Assembly (NCBI GenBank): GCA_963801605.1
Contig: CAWDFP010000007.1
Location: 96,001-160,000, forward strand
Direction: 5' to 3'
Length of the DNA stretch: 64,000 bases
DNA from: an uncultured candidate division Zixibacteria bacterium
GTDB lineage: Bacteria > Zixibacteria > MSB-5A5 > UBA10806
Within the stretch, counting starts at the first letter, position 1, and each line of letters starts with the position of its first letter. This document shows positions 10,795 to 22,104 of the stretch, piece after piece. Under the pieces are notes generated by a model that saw only the letters and a program-made list of their open reading frames with translations, searched no databases and had not been told where the DNA came from. A program made the position numbers and the translations under genes.

Positions 10795-12111
10795 CTATGG
10801 CGCCGGCGGACAGTCCGGGCAGGGTCCCGGTGTTGGCCCTCCCTTGAAATAAGCGACGCCGTAGGTAATATCAAGCCCGTTAAAGCTACAACTTCCATTT
10901 ATATCACCAGCCACAAACCAGGAATGACCCGTGGTGCATTCGCAGGAATATGATGGCGGTGGTCCGCCCTTGAAGTAACCCACTCCGTAGGTAACATCCA
11001 ACCCATTGAAGGTGTTACTGCCATTAATATCGCCAGTCACGTAAATACACCCGCTCGGCGGCTCATGCACCAAAAAATGGAATATAGATGCGCTGGATCT
11101 TTCAGGCGCATGGCCATTGAAAGCTACAACCTTCCAGTAATAGGTGGAATCATTAGGAACACAGAGCGGGGGAGACCAGGTGGTGTCGGAGAGCGTGTCT
11201 GAAATAAGGAAAGGATTGCTAAATGAAGGCGTAAAGTTAAGATATGCCAGGTAACGCACTGCATAGCCTGAATCGGTATCAATGGTGCTGTGCCAAGCAA
11301 CAGTAGTTGTGCATGTGGGAATCGTATCCCCATTGACGGGGGAAATCAGGGTGAAAGGTTCGAGATAGTATGTCATCGTCATGACATTTCGCTTAGCGCC
11401 CTGTAAAATCCTGTGGCCTGAATCCGATTGAACGAAAACAACCACATCGCAATTAGCCTGAACCAAAGGACTGGGACAGGAGAAGGCTTGTGATAAATTA
11501 ACAGTATCGCCGTTGGCAATTGTAAGGGCGATACCGCCGGAGTTAGGCGTTAAATCCCTGAATGTCTGATTGTGTATTGTCGTGCCGTTTGGCGACGAGC
11601 GATTTATGTTTGATTCTGTTATCGCAATGCGAACCTTTAAGTTGGTATTCGTAATTGGAGCAGTTGCGATAATCGTAATATTTGCATGGCCGGCGCGAGT
11701 TGTAGAATTGTAATCGCCGGCAATTTCAATATCAAGCGGCGAGCTAACTGCCAACTCTGTATTGATTCTCGATCCCCAGGTGCCGTGGGTGGCCCCAGCA
11801 TCAATATTTCCGTCAATGAACAAGCTTGGCGCATAATCATTGCCATAGTAGCTGTCTCTGGCAGTTATCTCGGAAATATTATATTGATAGTAAGGATCGC
11901 TTGAGTCCGGATAATATCGGTGGTAACGAATAAGAATTAGGCGATCAGGATGAAGAGTAGCTTGCTGATCTAGGACCAGATCAGCGGCGGGGCAAGATGG
12001 TCAGCACCAGTTGGTTAACATCTCCCCAACGACGATTCTTTCGGTGGCCAAAGCATGCCCGACAAGCAGGCAAAATCCCAAAGCAACAAACAATACCGCA
12101 GTCATCCTCAT
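10795..12111 (-). CDS. Secreted Omp28/thioredoxin-like protein with Ig/FN3-like and dockerin-like domains; predicted selenoprotein (UGA at codon 37), 438 aa
   Basis: ATG 12111 after GAGGT; signal peptide; EMLTNWC-TGA-PSCP...IRYH...DPY...YYG...APSLFIDG continues in frame into ORF 10795..11823; hairpin after UGA. Confidence 0.85.
11964..11985 (-). promoter_or_regulatory. Putative bacterial SECIS element
   Basis: mRNA GCUGAUCUG-GUCC-UAGAUCAGC: 9-bp stem with a G-first tetraloop following 24 nt after the in-frame UGA (12001-12003). Confidence 0.75.
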
Positions 12112-12399
12112 ACACTTACCTCTCTGTCTGTGTGAATCGGTCTATGGATCAATAAAAATAATTTAGACAAAAATTGAAATAAATTCGGGGCAAAAATCGA
12201 AGTGTTGTTAATCACGCAGCGGTCTCTTTATCATGCCAACGATTCAAGTATTTTTACAGAAGAAGCCAGGCAACCGCCTGAAGTCTTTTATATAGATACC
12301 ATATAAGATTATTTTGTCAAGTATTTTACAAGGCAAAAAATCAAAATTGTAAAGGGAGGAAATATGGAATCTACAGATGAAGGCGATTCGAATTTGAGA

Positions 12400-13407
12400 T
12401 CACCATCGCTGTTTTAGGAGATTAGACAACTGCGGTCCGGTCATATTTGATTCCAATACAACCGTTTTGCCCTGCTTGGAGATATTTAAGCTTTCGAGCA
12501 GCGCCCTATTCGGATCGTTAGGGGGCAGGAATGAGGCCAGCCCGCCACCAATCTGGAAAATGCTGGAAACAATCAGGGCGTTGCTTTCACTATCCATTCC
12601 CAGATAGCCATTTACGAGAAACCCGTTGCCACTTGGGGAGATCGACAGGCCAACCTCATCGAGATAATCAACGTAACCAAGAGCGGCGCGGGCAGTAGAT
12701 GATCGTATTTGGACGGTATCGGCCTTGACGAGATTCCGCATTTCGGGAGTTACCAGGATAAACATGTTGGCAAGTTTGGAGTCATTTGTCGAAAAATCCT
12801 GACTCAGACGCTGAAATGTATCGTATGTCGAGATGCCGGGCGCTTTACCGCCGGCAACATCGAGTATGCTTTTAATAATCTCCTCAGAGCCTCCGACCGC
12901 TAATCCTCCTCCCGGAAGCTGGCTGATACATTCGCCGTCTTTCGGGTTAAGCAGGTAGGCAGCGCCGGTCGACCACCATAGAAGCTTTTTATTGGAATAG
13001 TTTATCTCTTTCCAACCTTTGGATTTAATGGTTTGAAGATTGATTTTGTTATCGAGATTGCCGGTGATGATAAAAGCGCCATTTGAGGGAAGCTTTCGTG
13101 GTATGGCCGTTGTTTTTGATCCCTTAATCCAGCTTTTATCAAAAGGCATAAACATTACCAGGCGATCAATATTGGCAAGATCCAGATTCATCAATCCCAA
13201 ATAGTAGCTTAACGTGTTATTTCCCAGCATGGCCGTTTTGAGATCGGGATATTGCGCCACTTGTCCGGGTCTCATCCACAACACAACTTGCGCGTTGCCC
13301 GGAATAGGGGCGACTATCGTTTGTTGAGCCAAGGCTATACCGCCTGCGAGCGATATTACCGCCCAGGTCGTAAGTATAGAGATTAATCTTATTTGGTTGT
13401 TTTTCAT
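12400..13407 (-). CDS. Hypothetical exported protein
   Basis: 335-aa ORF with signal-peptide-like N-terminus (…GGIALA|QQ); no recognised domain. Confidence 0.8.
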   Translation of the reverse strand: MKNNQIRLISILTTWAVISLAGGIALAQQTIVAPIPGNAQVVLWMRPGQVAQYPDLKTAMLGNNTLSYYLGLMNLDLANIDRLVMFMPFDKSWIKGSKTTAIPRKLPSNGAFIITGNLDNKINLQTIKSKGWKEINYSNKKLLWWSTGAAYLLNPKDGECISQLPGGGLAVGGSEEIIKSILDVAGGKAPGISTYDTFQRLSQDFSTNDSKLANMFILVTPEMRNLVKADTVQIRSSTARAALGYVDYLDEVGLSISPSGNGFLVNGYLGMDSESNALIVSSIFQIGGGLASFLPPNDPNRALLESLNISKQGKTVVLESNMTGPQLSNLLKQRW

Positions 13408-13608
13408 TTTATTCACTTTCTATTTATTCATAATTTGCTCGAACTACTTAATGTTTGCGAAAAATGGCGGGATGTCAATAACGATTTTTTAATTAAATCA
13501 ATTTAATGATAAATCATAATTGGAGTTTGCTAATTAAAATGCGAAGGGGGGCTTATATTTATATTAATTCGGTTATTAAGCGATACCTGCATGGTAATAA
13601 CATTTTGC

Positions 13609-13637
13609 TTGTAATTTTGCGATTTTTGGGCTATAAT
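13609..13637 (+). promoter_or_regulatory. Sigma70-type promoter for the C25 peptidase gene
   Basis: TTGTAA-N17-TATAAT. Confidence 0.6.
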
Positions 13638-13774
13638 TAACGTGGTAATGATTATCTTCGATGCCTGTCGAGGTTGTGTTGATCAGAATTGGAAATTGCA
13701 GTAACGGAGTCTTTAATTTCGCAAGGTTTTCGCATTTTCATATAGTGGTACCTTAGTGGAGATTGGAGGTAGAT

Positions 13775-16700
13775 TTGAAAAGCTCTACACTTGTGTTTGT
13801 CATCCTGCTGGCCCTAACAGGGTTGGCGTACCCCGCTCAAACGGTTAACATAGGCCTAACGCCATCGGGGGCGGAGCTTCTCTTTCAGGATCAATCCGGA
13901 ATTGACCTGCGAGTAGATGTGGGGGAATTGAATTTCGACGAAATCAATACCTCTGAAGGGCAATTTATCTTGATCACGTCCGACGGATTGGGAAGCTCTC
14001 AGAATATAGGTGAGCCTAACCTGCCGATATTGAATCGTCTGATTTCAATCCCGTATGGATGCGAACTTCAGTGCGAAGTTACCAGTTCGGAATACCAGGA
14101 TATTTCGCTTTCAGATTTGAATTTGACCAATCCTATTATGCCCGTACAGCCGCCGCTCTCAAAAGGAGTTGATCCGGCGACGGTTCCTTTTGAATACAAT
14201 CGAAGCGTATACCAGCAGAGCGGCTATTATTCTCAGCAACTGGCGTCAGCTCAGATTCTTGGCGTGATGCGCGCGATGCGAATGGGATTGGTTTCAATAG
14301 CTCCGATACAATATAATCCGCTTGAAAATACTCTTCGAGTTTATAAAACGGTAACCGTCCATATAAGCTATCTTCATCCGGATTGGACAACCACCCGTCA
14401 AACCTGGGAGCGCCTTGATTCGCCAGTCTACTCAACAGTATATGGGCAGGTATTCAACTATGTTGGTCAAGAATCAATGCTGCTCGAAGACCATACCAGA
14501 TACCCGATAAAATATGTAATCGTTTCGCCGAGAATGTTCGAAACTCAGCTACAACCATTCATTCAATGGAAAATTAAAAAGGGTTTTAAGGTCGTAGTCG
14601 GTTATACGGATGTCATTGGGACGACCAATACAGCCATAAAAACATGGATTCATAATTTGTACGATGCCGGCACTCCGGACGACCCGGCGCCATCGTTTGT
14701 GCTGCTTGTCGGTGATGCTCAGCAGATTCCGCCGTTTTCATTCAGTACTCACATCTCCGATCTCAGCTTTTGCGAATTTACCAATGATACTTATCCCGAG
14801 ATATATTATGGGCGTTTCTCAGCGCAGACGGTCGCGCAACTGACTCCTCAAATAGACAAGACTCTGGAATATGAAAAATATCTGATGCCCGATCCCAGCT
14901 ATCTGGGCAGGGTTACTATGATCTCCGGCGTCGATGCTAATTACGCTCAGCATCAAGGCAATGGGCAGATCAACTATGGAACCCGCTATTATTTCAATTC
15001 AGCTCATGGAATCACGTCCAATACCTGGCTTTATCCGGCCTCAAACGGTAATGTGGAAGCCGCCATTATCGCGACGATAAATAGCGGCGTAAGCTTCATC
15101 AACTACACCGCTCACGGCTCTCATGATGGTTGGGCCGATCCATCGCTATCAACATCCAACGTCAACGCGCTTACTAATGCGCATAAATATACATTAGCGG
15201 TGGGAAATTGTTGTTTGACGAATACCTTTGGAACCGATTACTCCGACCCGTGCATGGGCGAAGCCTGGCTACAGGGAGCTAACAAAGGAGCTATCGGCTA
15301 TATCGGGGCATCCAACAACAGCTACTGGGATGAGGATTATTATTGGGGAGTTGGATGGCATACCGTAATTGACAACGGTCCCGACTATGATCCGACTCGT
15401 CTGGGCGCTTATGATGGCGTTTTCCATACTCATGGCGAACCTGTCAGCCGTCATTATGTGACCAACGATGCCATGCTTTATTGCGGCAATTTGGCGGTTA
15501 CCCAATCGGGTTCAAGTATGATTGCCTACTACTGGCAAATTTATCATCTGATGGGCGACCCCTCGGTAATGACTTATCTCGGCCTCCCAACGACTAATAA
15601 TGTAGTGCATACGGGGTCGATGCTCTTTAGCGGCACGACATATACAGTTCAAGCCGATCCCGGCTCATACGTGGGTATCTCTCTCGATGGTGTCCTGCAT
15701 GGGGCGTCATATATTGATTCATCAGGATCGGCTAACATTACGCTTGATCCATTCAGCGGCCCGGGTACAGCGGATATCGTGGTAACCGCTCAAAACCGGA
15801 TTCCCTATACCGGAACGATTCAACTAATTGCGCCATCCGGCCCGTTTGTAGTATTCGACAGCAGCAGCGTAAACGATGCCACCGGCAACAATAATGGGAT
15901 CATCGATGCCAGCGAGCATATAATTTTGGGTGTACGTCTGAAAAATGTGGGACCTGATACGGCCCACGCTGTTTCGGCGACCCTGGCCTGTACAGATACT
16001 TTTGTAACCGTAACTGACAATACCGAATCGTATGGTGACATTATTGGCAATAACGGAACCGTAAACAGGCCGAGCGCTTTTGCTTTCAATGTTTCAGGAA
16101 GAACTCCGGAAAATCACAATATTTCATTCCAGATCACAATGACGGATGATGCCGCTCATAACTGGAACGGCACAATTTCCCTGCCCGTTCATTCGCCGGC
16201 GCTAAGTTATGCGTCGATCCAGATAAATGACGGTTCCGGCAATAATAACGGGGCGCTCGATCCCGGCGAAACCGCTCAGCTGGTGGTAACGCTTCAAAAT
16301 AACGGTTCCGGCCAGGCTTTTGCAATTACGGGTATCCTTTCCGAAAACGATACATATATCAGTTTAGGCGATGCCAACGGTACTTTCGGAAATATACTTG
16401 CCGGAGGAAACGGTAATAATTCCGGCGATCTATTCTCCATAACTGCCAGTTCATCTTGCCCGCTGGGTCATACCTTTAATTTAATTCTGGCATTAACCGG
16501 AGCCGACGGATATGTAACATCCGTGCAGATTCCCATGGTAGTAGGGATTAGAGTGCCGATTTATACGGATGATTTTTCGACCAATCGAGGCTGGACCGGT
16601 CTTGGCGGTCTTGGGCAATGGACTATTGGAGCCTGCACGGGCGGCGCCGGCAACGATACTCATGGCGGTCCCGATCCCTCTGTCGATCACAGCCCGACAA

Positions 16701-17762
16701 GCGACAATAAAGTACTGGGAACAGATCTGACCAGCGGAACCGGAGGGGATTACGATTCCAATTTGACGCAAACCTATTGGGTAACATCCCCAACAATAGA
16801 CTGCTCCAATTACAGCGGTGTTCAATTGCAATTCTACCGTTGGCTGGGGGTGGAACGCGTATTATATGATACCGCATATCTTCAGGCTTACAACGGCAGC
16901 GCCTGGGTAACTCTATTCCGCAATGATTCCACGCTGGATGAATCTGCCTGGATTTTGCGAACGCATAATATTTCATCGTATGCCGATCATAATGCAAATT
17001 TCAAGATCAGATTTGGAATCGGCGGCTCAGATCACGCCTGGCAGTTCTGCGGTTGGAATATCGATGATATTTTAATCAACGGATATCAGGAAGTTGCTCC
17101 GGGGAATCCTGATCTTTCACTTTCGATAAATAGTCTGGCAGATACCCTGGTTCAGGGCGATTCGGCCTCACACTCGTTCAAAATATACAATGGGGGAACG
17201 TCCGATCTGCGGATAACATTTAACTGCACGGCCGCATGGGTTAGATATTCGGGTAATCAAATTACGGTACCGGCTAATGACAGCGCCAATTATTCGTTGA
17301 CGCTTCGTTCCGCCAGCCTTTCGCCCGGGCCGTTTGCGACTATCGTTAACCTATGTCTCCAACGATACCGGTAATGCCTCGGGGTCAATCCCGATCAGTT
17401 TGTTGGTCAGGCCGGTTGCTCCGCCTCAGTGTGAATATATCCTGGGTGACGTTAATGGAAATAACGTCTTTAATGGTTTGGATGTAACTTACGGCGTTGG
17501 TTACTTCAAAGGTGGAATCCCTCCGCCATATAGCTGCGAATGTCCGGCGGGAAGCGGTAATTACTGGTTTGTCGCTGGCGATATTAACGGCAGCTGCTCA
17601 TTTAATGGCCTGGATGTAACTTTTATGGTAGCTTATTTCAAGGGCGGCGGCGTTTTAACCACCTGTCCTGATTGTCCATCGTCAGGAATATTGAAAGCTC
17701 CGCAACAACCTATCTTAGTACCTACCGCAAACCAAACCAATGGGAGTGGATCGTCGGAATAG
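13775..17762 (+). CDS. Gingipain-like C25 cysteine peptidase (propeptide, catalytic, Ig-like domains) with C-terminal dockerin-like domain; frameshift at ~17341
   Basis: TTG start after GGAGGT; signal peptide; GEPNLP propeptide; FVLLVGD, YYGRFSA, NYTAHGS (His), GNCC (Cys), YHLMGDPS; the 17334..17762 fragment carries the dockerin-like repeat. Confidence 0.9.
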
Positions 17763-17794
17763 AAACGTAGAAACATTATAAGATTCAGATTTTG

Positions 17795-17831
17795 GCAACC
17801 GAGGGTAATAGATACCCTCGGTTGTTTTTTT
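17795..17831 (+). terminator. Intrinsic terminator after the C25 peptidase gene
   Basis: GCAACCGAGGGTA-ATAGA-TACCCTCGGTTGT followed by a T-run. Confidence 0.85.
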
Positions 17832-17923
17832 GATGCCCCTCTAATCAGAGGAATTTATATGGCAATAACTTACATCTAACAGCAAAAGCGATTGATTAAG
17901 TAGATTCCCTTGATTAAGCCTCC

Positions 17924-17998
17924 AAAAAAGTAAACCGGACAGTCTTTACATCTAACTGCCCGGTTCTTCCCCCTTTAATATAGCCCCCCCTAATTACG
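17924..17998 (-). ncRNA. Candidate ~75-nt G-rich small RNA
   Basis: Minus-strand promoter TTGACC-N16-TAAATT with extended TG (18031-18004); terminator AACCGGGCAGU/ACUGUCCGGUU + U6; no ORF. Confidence 0.45.
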
Positions 17999-18273
17999 AC
18001 CCTAATTTACCACAAAGCTCTTTATGGTCAAGACTAATAAAGTCGGTAGGGAATAGGTATATCGAAATACGCAGTAAATAAGGGGATAAAATATTTCGTT
18101 ATACAAATCGGAATGAGATTAAATCGAGCTGGGTGCTTATGGTTATCGAATAAGATATTGGATAATTTTCAACGATCCGATTAATTTTTTATTTTGAAAA
18201 TTGCAATAATAATGAAATCAAATTTATGCAATTAATAGCGCTGAGAATTGGTCTTAAATCTTTTGGGAAAATA

Positions 18274-18351
18274 TGGGGTGGGAGATGGGATTTGAACCCA
18301 CGGCCCCCAGGGCCACAACCTGGTGCTCTAACCAACTGAGCTACACCCACC
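18274..18351 (-). tRNA. tRNA-His (GTG) with encoded G-1 and CCA
   Basis: GGTGGGTGTAGCTCAGTTGGTTAGAGCACCAGGTTGTGGCCCTGGGGGCCGTGGGTTCAAATCCCATCTCCCACCCCA folds as a cloverleaf; C73 discriminator. Confidence 0.97.
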
Positions 18352-18570
18352 ACGCAAACTATTTTCGTCCCTAAAATATTCACCGGCAACGATTATGTCA
18401 ATATAATAGATGGCTTTATTCCCACCAATATGGGCATGTCCCCATAGCCATTTTTCAATAATTGAGTAAGGATTATACAATTAATTTCGGCAAATTTTGA
18501 GAGCTGGCATATCTACATGACCCTTCTGGTTTTAGCAAGCCGTCCCGGTATGCAACCATAAGCAGTGTTA

Positions 18571-18586
18571 CGGCATAATGGTTGCA
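18571..18586 (+). promoter_or_regulatory. Sigma54 (-24/-12) promoter
   Basis: CGGCAT-AATGG-TTGCA, GG-N10-GC spacing, ~40 nt upstream of ATG 18626. Confidence 0.6.
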
Positions 18587-18625
18587 TTCTCATTTAGAGG
18601 GAGAATTGCACCTTAAGGAGGGGAA

Positions 18626-20619
18626 ATGAAATGTTTTAAGACAACGAGATCGAAGACTCTGTTGTTGTTATTGGTGTCTGCGATTATAGTTGATCTCATA
18701 TCGAGCGGCTGTGGACTTAAAAAGCCGCAAGCTCCATCATGGATGACAACCTGGGATATTCCCCTGGCTAACCGAACTTTCACTATAGCGGAAATCCTCG
18801 ATGATTTGCATAGCACCAATATCGTTTATAACGATAGCGGTAATCCCACAATAGAGTTAACTCAGAACCTCGATACCACAACCGTGGCGCAAAGCTTGAA
18901 GGTTGAATCCACAAGCATGAATCTTTTGGATTCAGTTGGTATCCTGGAGGTAGCTCCACCATCGAACGTGACGTCGTTTACAAATCTCAGCGACGTCATC
19001 GATATTAGTTTGGGATTCGTCCCGCCGGCGCCATTTGAAACCATCCAACCGCTGGGCAGAATCGATAATTTTACCTGGGCGCATATCGAACAGGGGTTAT
19101 TGGATGTTACTTTTCATAATGCGCTGGAAATCGATCTGGATACCTTAATTGTCACCCTGATCGATTCTGCCGATATGCATCAAATAGGCACTCTGGTATT
19201 CGAGAATGGATTGCCTTATCTTGCGACAGAAACCCGTCAGGTCGATATTTCCGGGCAAACAATTTCCAATTGCATTTTTATGCGTTGCCACGGCCATACG
19301 CCCGGAGGGCTGCTTATCAATGCCGGCTCTCAGCGTCTCGAATCAGAGGTATCGTTTCCGAATAATTTACTGGTATCATCGGCGTGCGCCCGAATAGAGC
19401 AATTTACCCGCGTTAAAGAGGGTAGATTTGAAATTGATGATTCAACCAAAATAATATCGTCGGTTGTCTATCAGGGAAACCTCAATCTGCAAGTAGCCAA
19501 TTATTCCAACTTACCGTTTGATGTCAGACTGCATTCACCAAATTTCAAATGGCAGGGATCGGATTTTAATATCAGCCGCAGGCTGGAACCACATAATCTT
19601 ACGGAAGTCACCATTGATATAGCGGGTTATGTTTTTACGCCCGACCAAAACTCCGATTCGCAGTTTGTGACAGTCGAAATGATTAACACTATGGCACCGG
19701 CGGATAACCAGGCAATATGTTTTCAATTCGTCGGATAGCTTAGCCCTTCATGTTGACGTATCACAAATATATTTAGAATCGGTCAGCGGCCGGATTAAGC
19801 CGGTTCCAATCACCATGGATACGGTTACGAGATCGCTCGATCTTCCCCGAGGGTATGGAGCAAACCGCCCTTACTCATGCCAATTTGAGTCTCAATTTGA
19901 GCAATAACTGCATGGTCGCGGCCTATACCGAAATTACGGTAACGGGGAATGGCCGTACCCTTCATCTGAACGGCCTTGTTCCGGGCAAAAACTCGTTTGA
20001 CGCTCCGCCCGCAGTCACTACGCTCAGCGCCAATCCGGAGGAGCTATTAAGCTTTTTCGATCCGCCCCCCGGCGAACTGGTTATTTCCGGTAACGGGATA
20101 ATCAATCCGGATTATGAGGTGGTGACATTAAGGCGGAACGATAGTTTCTGGGGCGAATTCACATTTCAATCGGCTTTAGCCTTTGCGGTAAGGGATACCG
20201 TTGAGCTTGAGCCGGAAATCTCGAAAATTGAACCGAATACAAAGAACAGTGAATTCAATTACGGAGAATTTACTGCGGACTTGACCAATCATCTTCCTGT
20301 CGGCGCCCTGGTGACATTCTTCATTGGCTGCAGTTCGGATTCCACGTTATACAGCGATCCGAATACTATCAGACTGGGGCCATATCAATTGTCGGCGGCA
20401 CTTACCGACGCTAACGGGTTTGTCTCCGAACCGGTAAATTCCACAATTTCGGATTCGTTGGGGACCGAGGCTTTACGTTTGTTTGAGCGCGATTCTCTTT
20501 TTGTCAGTCAGCGAGTTGAGCTTCTGCCGACGCCGGCGTCAGGGGTTGTTGTCACGGGTTCGGATAATATTCGTGTCGGCGCCAGAGCCAGAATTCAAAT
20601 GCTACTTGGCGGGGATTAA
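18626..20619 (+). CDS. Large beta-rich lipoprotein of unknown function (two apparent frameshifts at ~19711 and ~19846)
   Basis: Lipobox-like SSGC; the intervening segment reads QYVFNSSDSLALHVDV...SLDLP in a third frame, joining ORFs 18626..19738 and 19855..20619. Confidence 0.75.
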
Positions 20620-20628
20620 GGGGAAAAT

Positions 20629-21891
20629 ATGAAATTACGGATATTAATTTGGGGACCGATATTTCTCAGCCTGATCGCGTTCCACCTGGCCTGGAGCAGG
20701 GGAGAGAACAATCCACGCGCGGTTGGCATGGGCGGCGCCTATACAGCCCTGGCGCGGGATCTCGACGCTCCCGATTGGAATCCGGCCAATCTGGGATTAT
20801 CGGACGGTAAGGGATTTACAATAAATTTCTTTAATCTGGGCATGCGTGCAAAAAATAACAGCTTTTCGCTCGACGATTACGAACGGTATAACGGCAAGTT
20901 TTTGACTGATTCAGATAAAGATGAAATCATAAATTCGATTCCCTCAACCGGTCTGGGTTTGGACCTGACCGCGGAAGCCTCGGCATTTAATTTTTCAATC
21001 GGAAATTTCGCGGCTACTTACAAGGCAATCGGAGTGACCAGTTTCTCCATAGATAGAGATCCGTTCAAGCTGATGCTGCTGGGAAATGCAGTCGTACATG
21101 AAGTTTCGGTATCGGATACGAGGGGCGAAGCGTTTGCCTTAGGAGATTTTGGCCTTTCTTACGGACAAGCAATTCGTCGCTGGCCGGGAGGAGAGCTATC
21201 GGTTGGGGCGAGCGTTCATTATCTCAGGGGAATTGCTTATGCAGGAATATCCGAAGCTCTCGGCGGGGTGATAACCACCGATACCGGTTTCGTCGGCTCC
21301 GGGCAGATGATCTATCACACGTCCAGGGGCGGCGATGGATATTCCTCGGATCTCGGCTTAGCCGTAAGATTTTCCGATGATTGGTTTTTCTCGGCGGCCT
21401 GGCAAAATGTATCGAGCAAGATCAATTGGCGAAAAGATAATGAGGAATATCGGATGTGGTTTGAAATGAAACCCCTGACCGCGGAGAGCATGCTTGATGA
21501 AAACCGCGCCGATTCAATGGTGACCTCAAATGATACATCCTACAACTATGGAGCGTTCTCAACGCGATTAGCGCCAGCAATCCGGATGGGATTGGCCAAA
21601 AAATGGAAACGGTTCGCCTGGTCTTTAGACTGGGAGCAGAATCTTTTCAGCGGCCCGGGAACCGGGGTCAATCCGAGGATTGCCAGCGGGCTGGAATACA
21701 AGCCCTGGCGTCATTTGCCGCTCAGAACCGGATTAGCGTTCGGGGGCAATCAGGGATCGATATATTCAGTGGGATTGGGATTAATTTTTGGGCCATATAA
21801 TCTCGATTTAGGCCTGGCCAATTCAGGGTCGCCATCGCCGACACATACCAAGGGGGTTCGGTTAGCTTTTGCAATGAGTCTGCGATTTTAA
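20629..21891 (+). CDS. Outer-membrane beta-barrel protein (DUF5723 / PorV-FadL-like)
   Basis: Signal peptide, PRAVGMGGAYTALA...WNPANLG hatch motif, amphipathic strands, terminal Phe. Confidence 0.75.
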   Translation: MKLRILIWGPIFLSLIAFHLAWSRGENNPRAVGMGGAYTALARDLDAPDWNPANLGLSDGKGFTINFFNLGMRAKNNSFSLDDYERYNGKFLTDSDKDEIINSIPSTGLGLDLTAEASAFNFSIGNFAATYKAIGVTSFSIDRDPFKLMLLGNAVVHEVSVSDTRGEAFALGDFGLSYGQAIRRWPGGELSVGASVHYLRGIAYAGISEALGGVITTDTGFVGSGQMIYHTSRGGDGYSSDLGLAVRFSDDWFFSAAWQNVSSKINWRKDNEEYRMWFEMKPLTAESMLDENRADSMVTSNDTSYNYGAFSTRLAPAIRMGLAKKWKRFAWSLDWEQNLFSGPGTGVNPRIASGLEYKPWRHLPLRTGLAFGGNQGSIYSVGLGLIFGPYNLDLGLANSGSPSPTHTKGVRLAFAMSLRF

Positions 21892-22104
21892 GTATCAGGT
21901 CAATTCCATAGTTATTTTGTCGATAATAGTATTGACGCCCGAATGGCGCTAATATTTGGGAAATTCAATAAAGCATAGAATTGATGATAATCGAGCTCGA
22001 ATTGCGAATTAGGCGCTTAAATTAATAAATTAACCGGGTAAAAAAAATAAAGAAATCTATTATTTTTGCTTGCAATTAATAATCTGGCATGATAATATCT
22101 GTTT

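Noticed and set aside
12001..12003. Genome-wide UGA reassignment (code 4/25)
   Set aside because: TGA terminates truA, fsa, purB, smc and others at their expected ends
18274..18351. Genomic island integrated at tRNA-His
   Set aside because: No integrase and no duplicated tRNA 3' end noticed in the window
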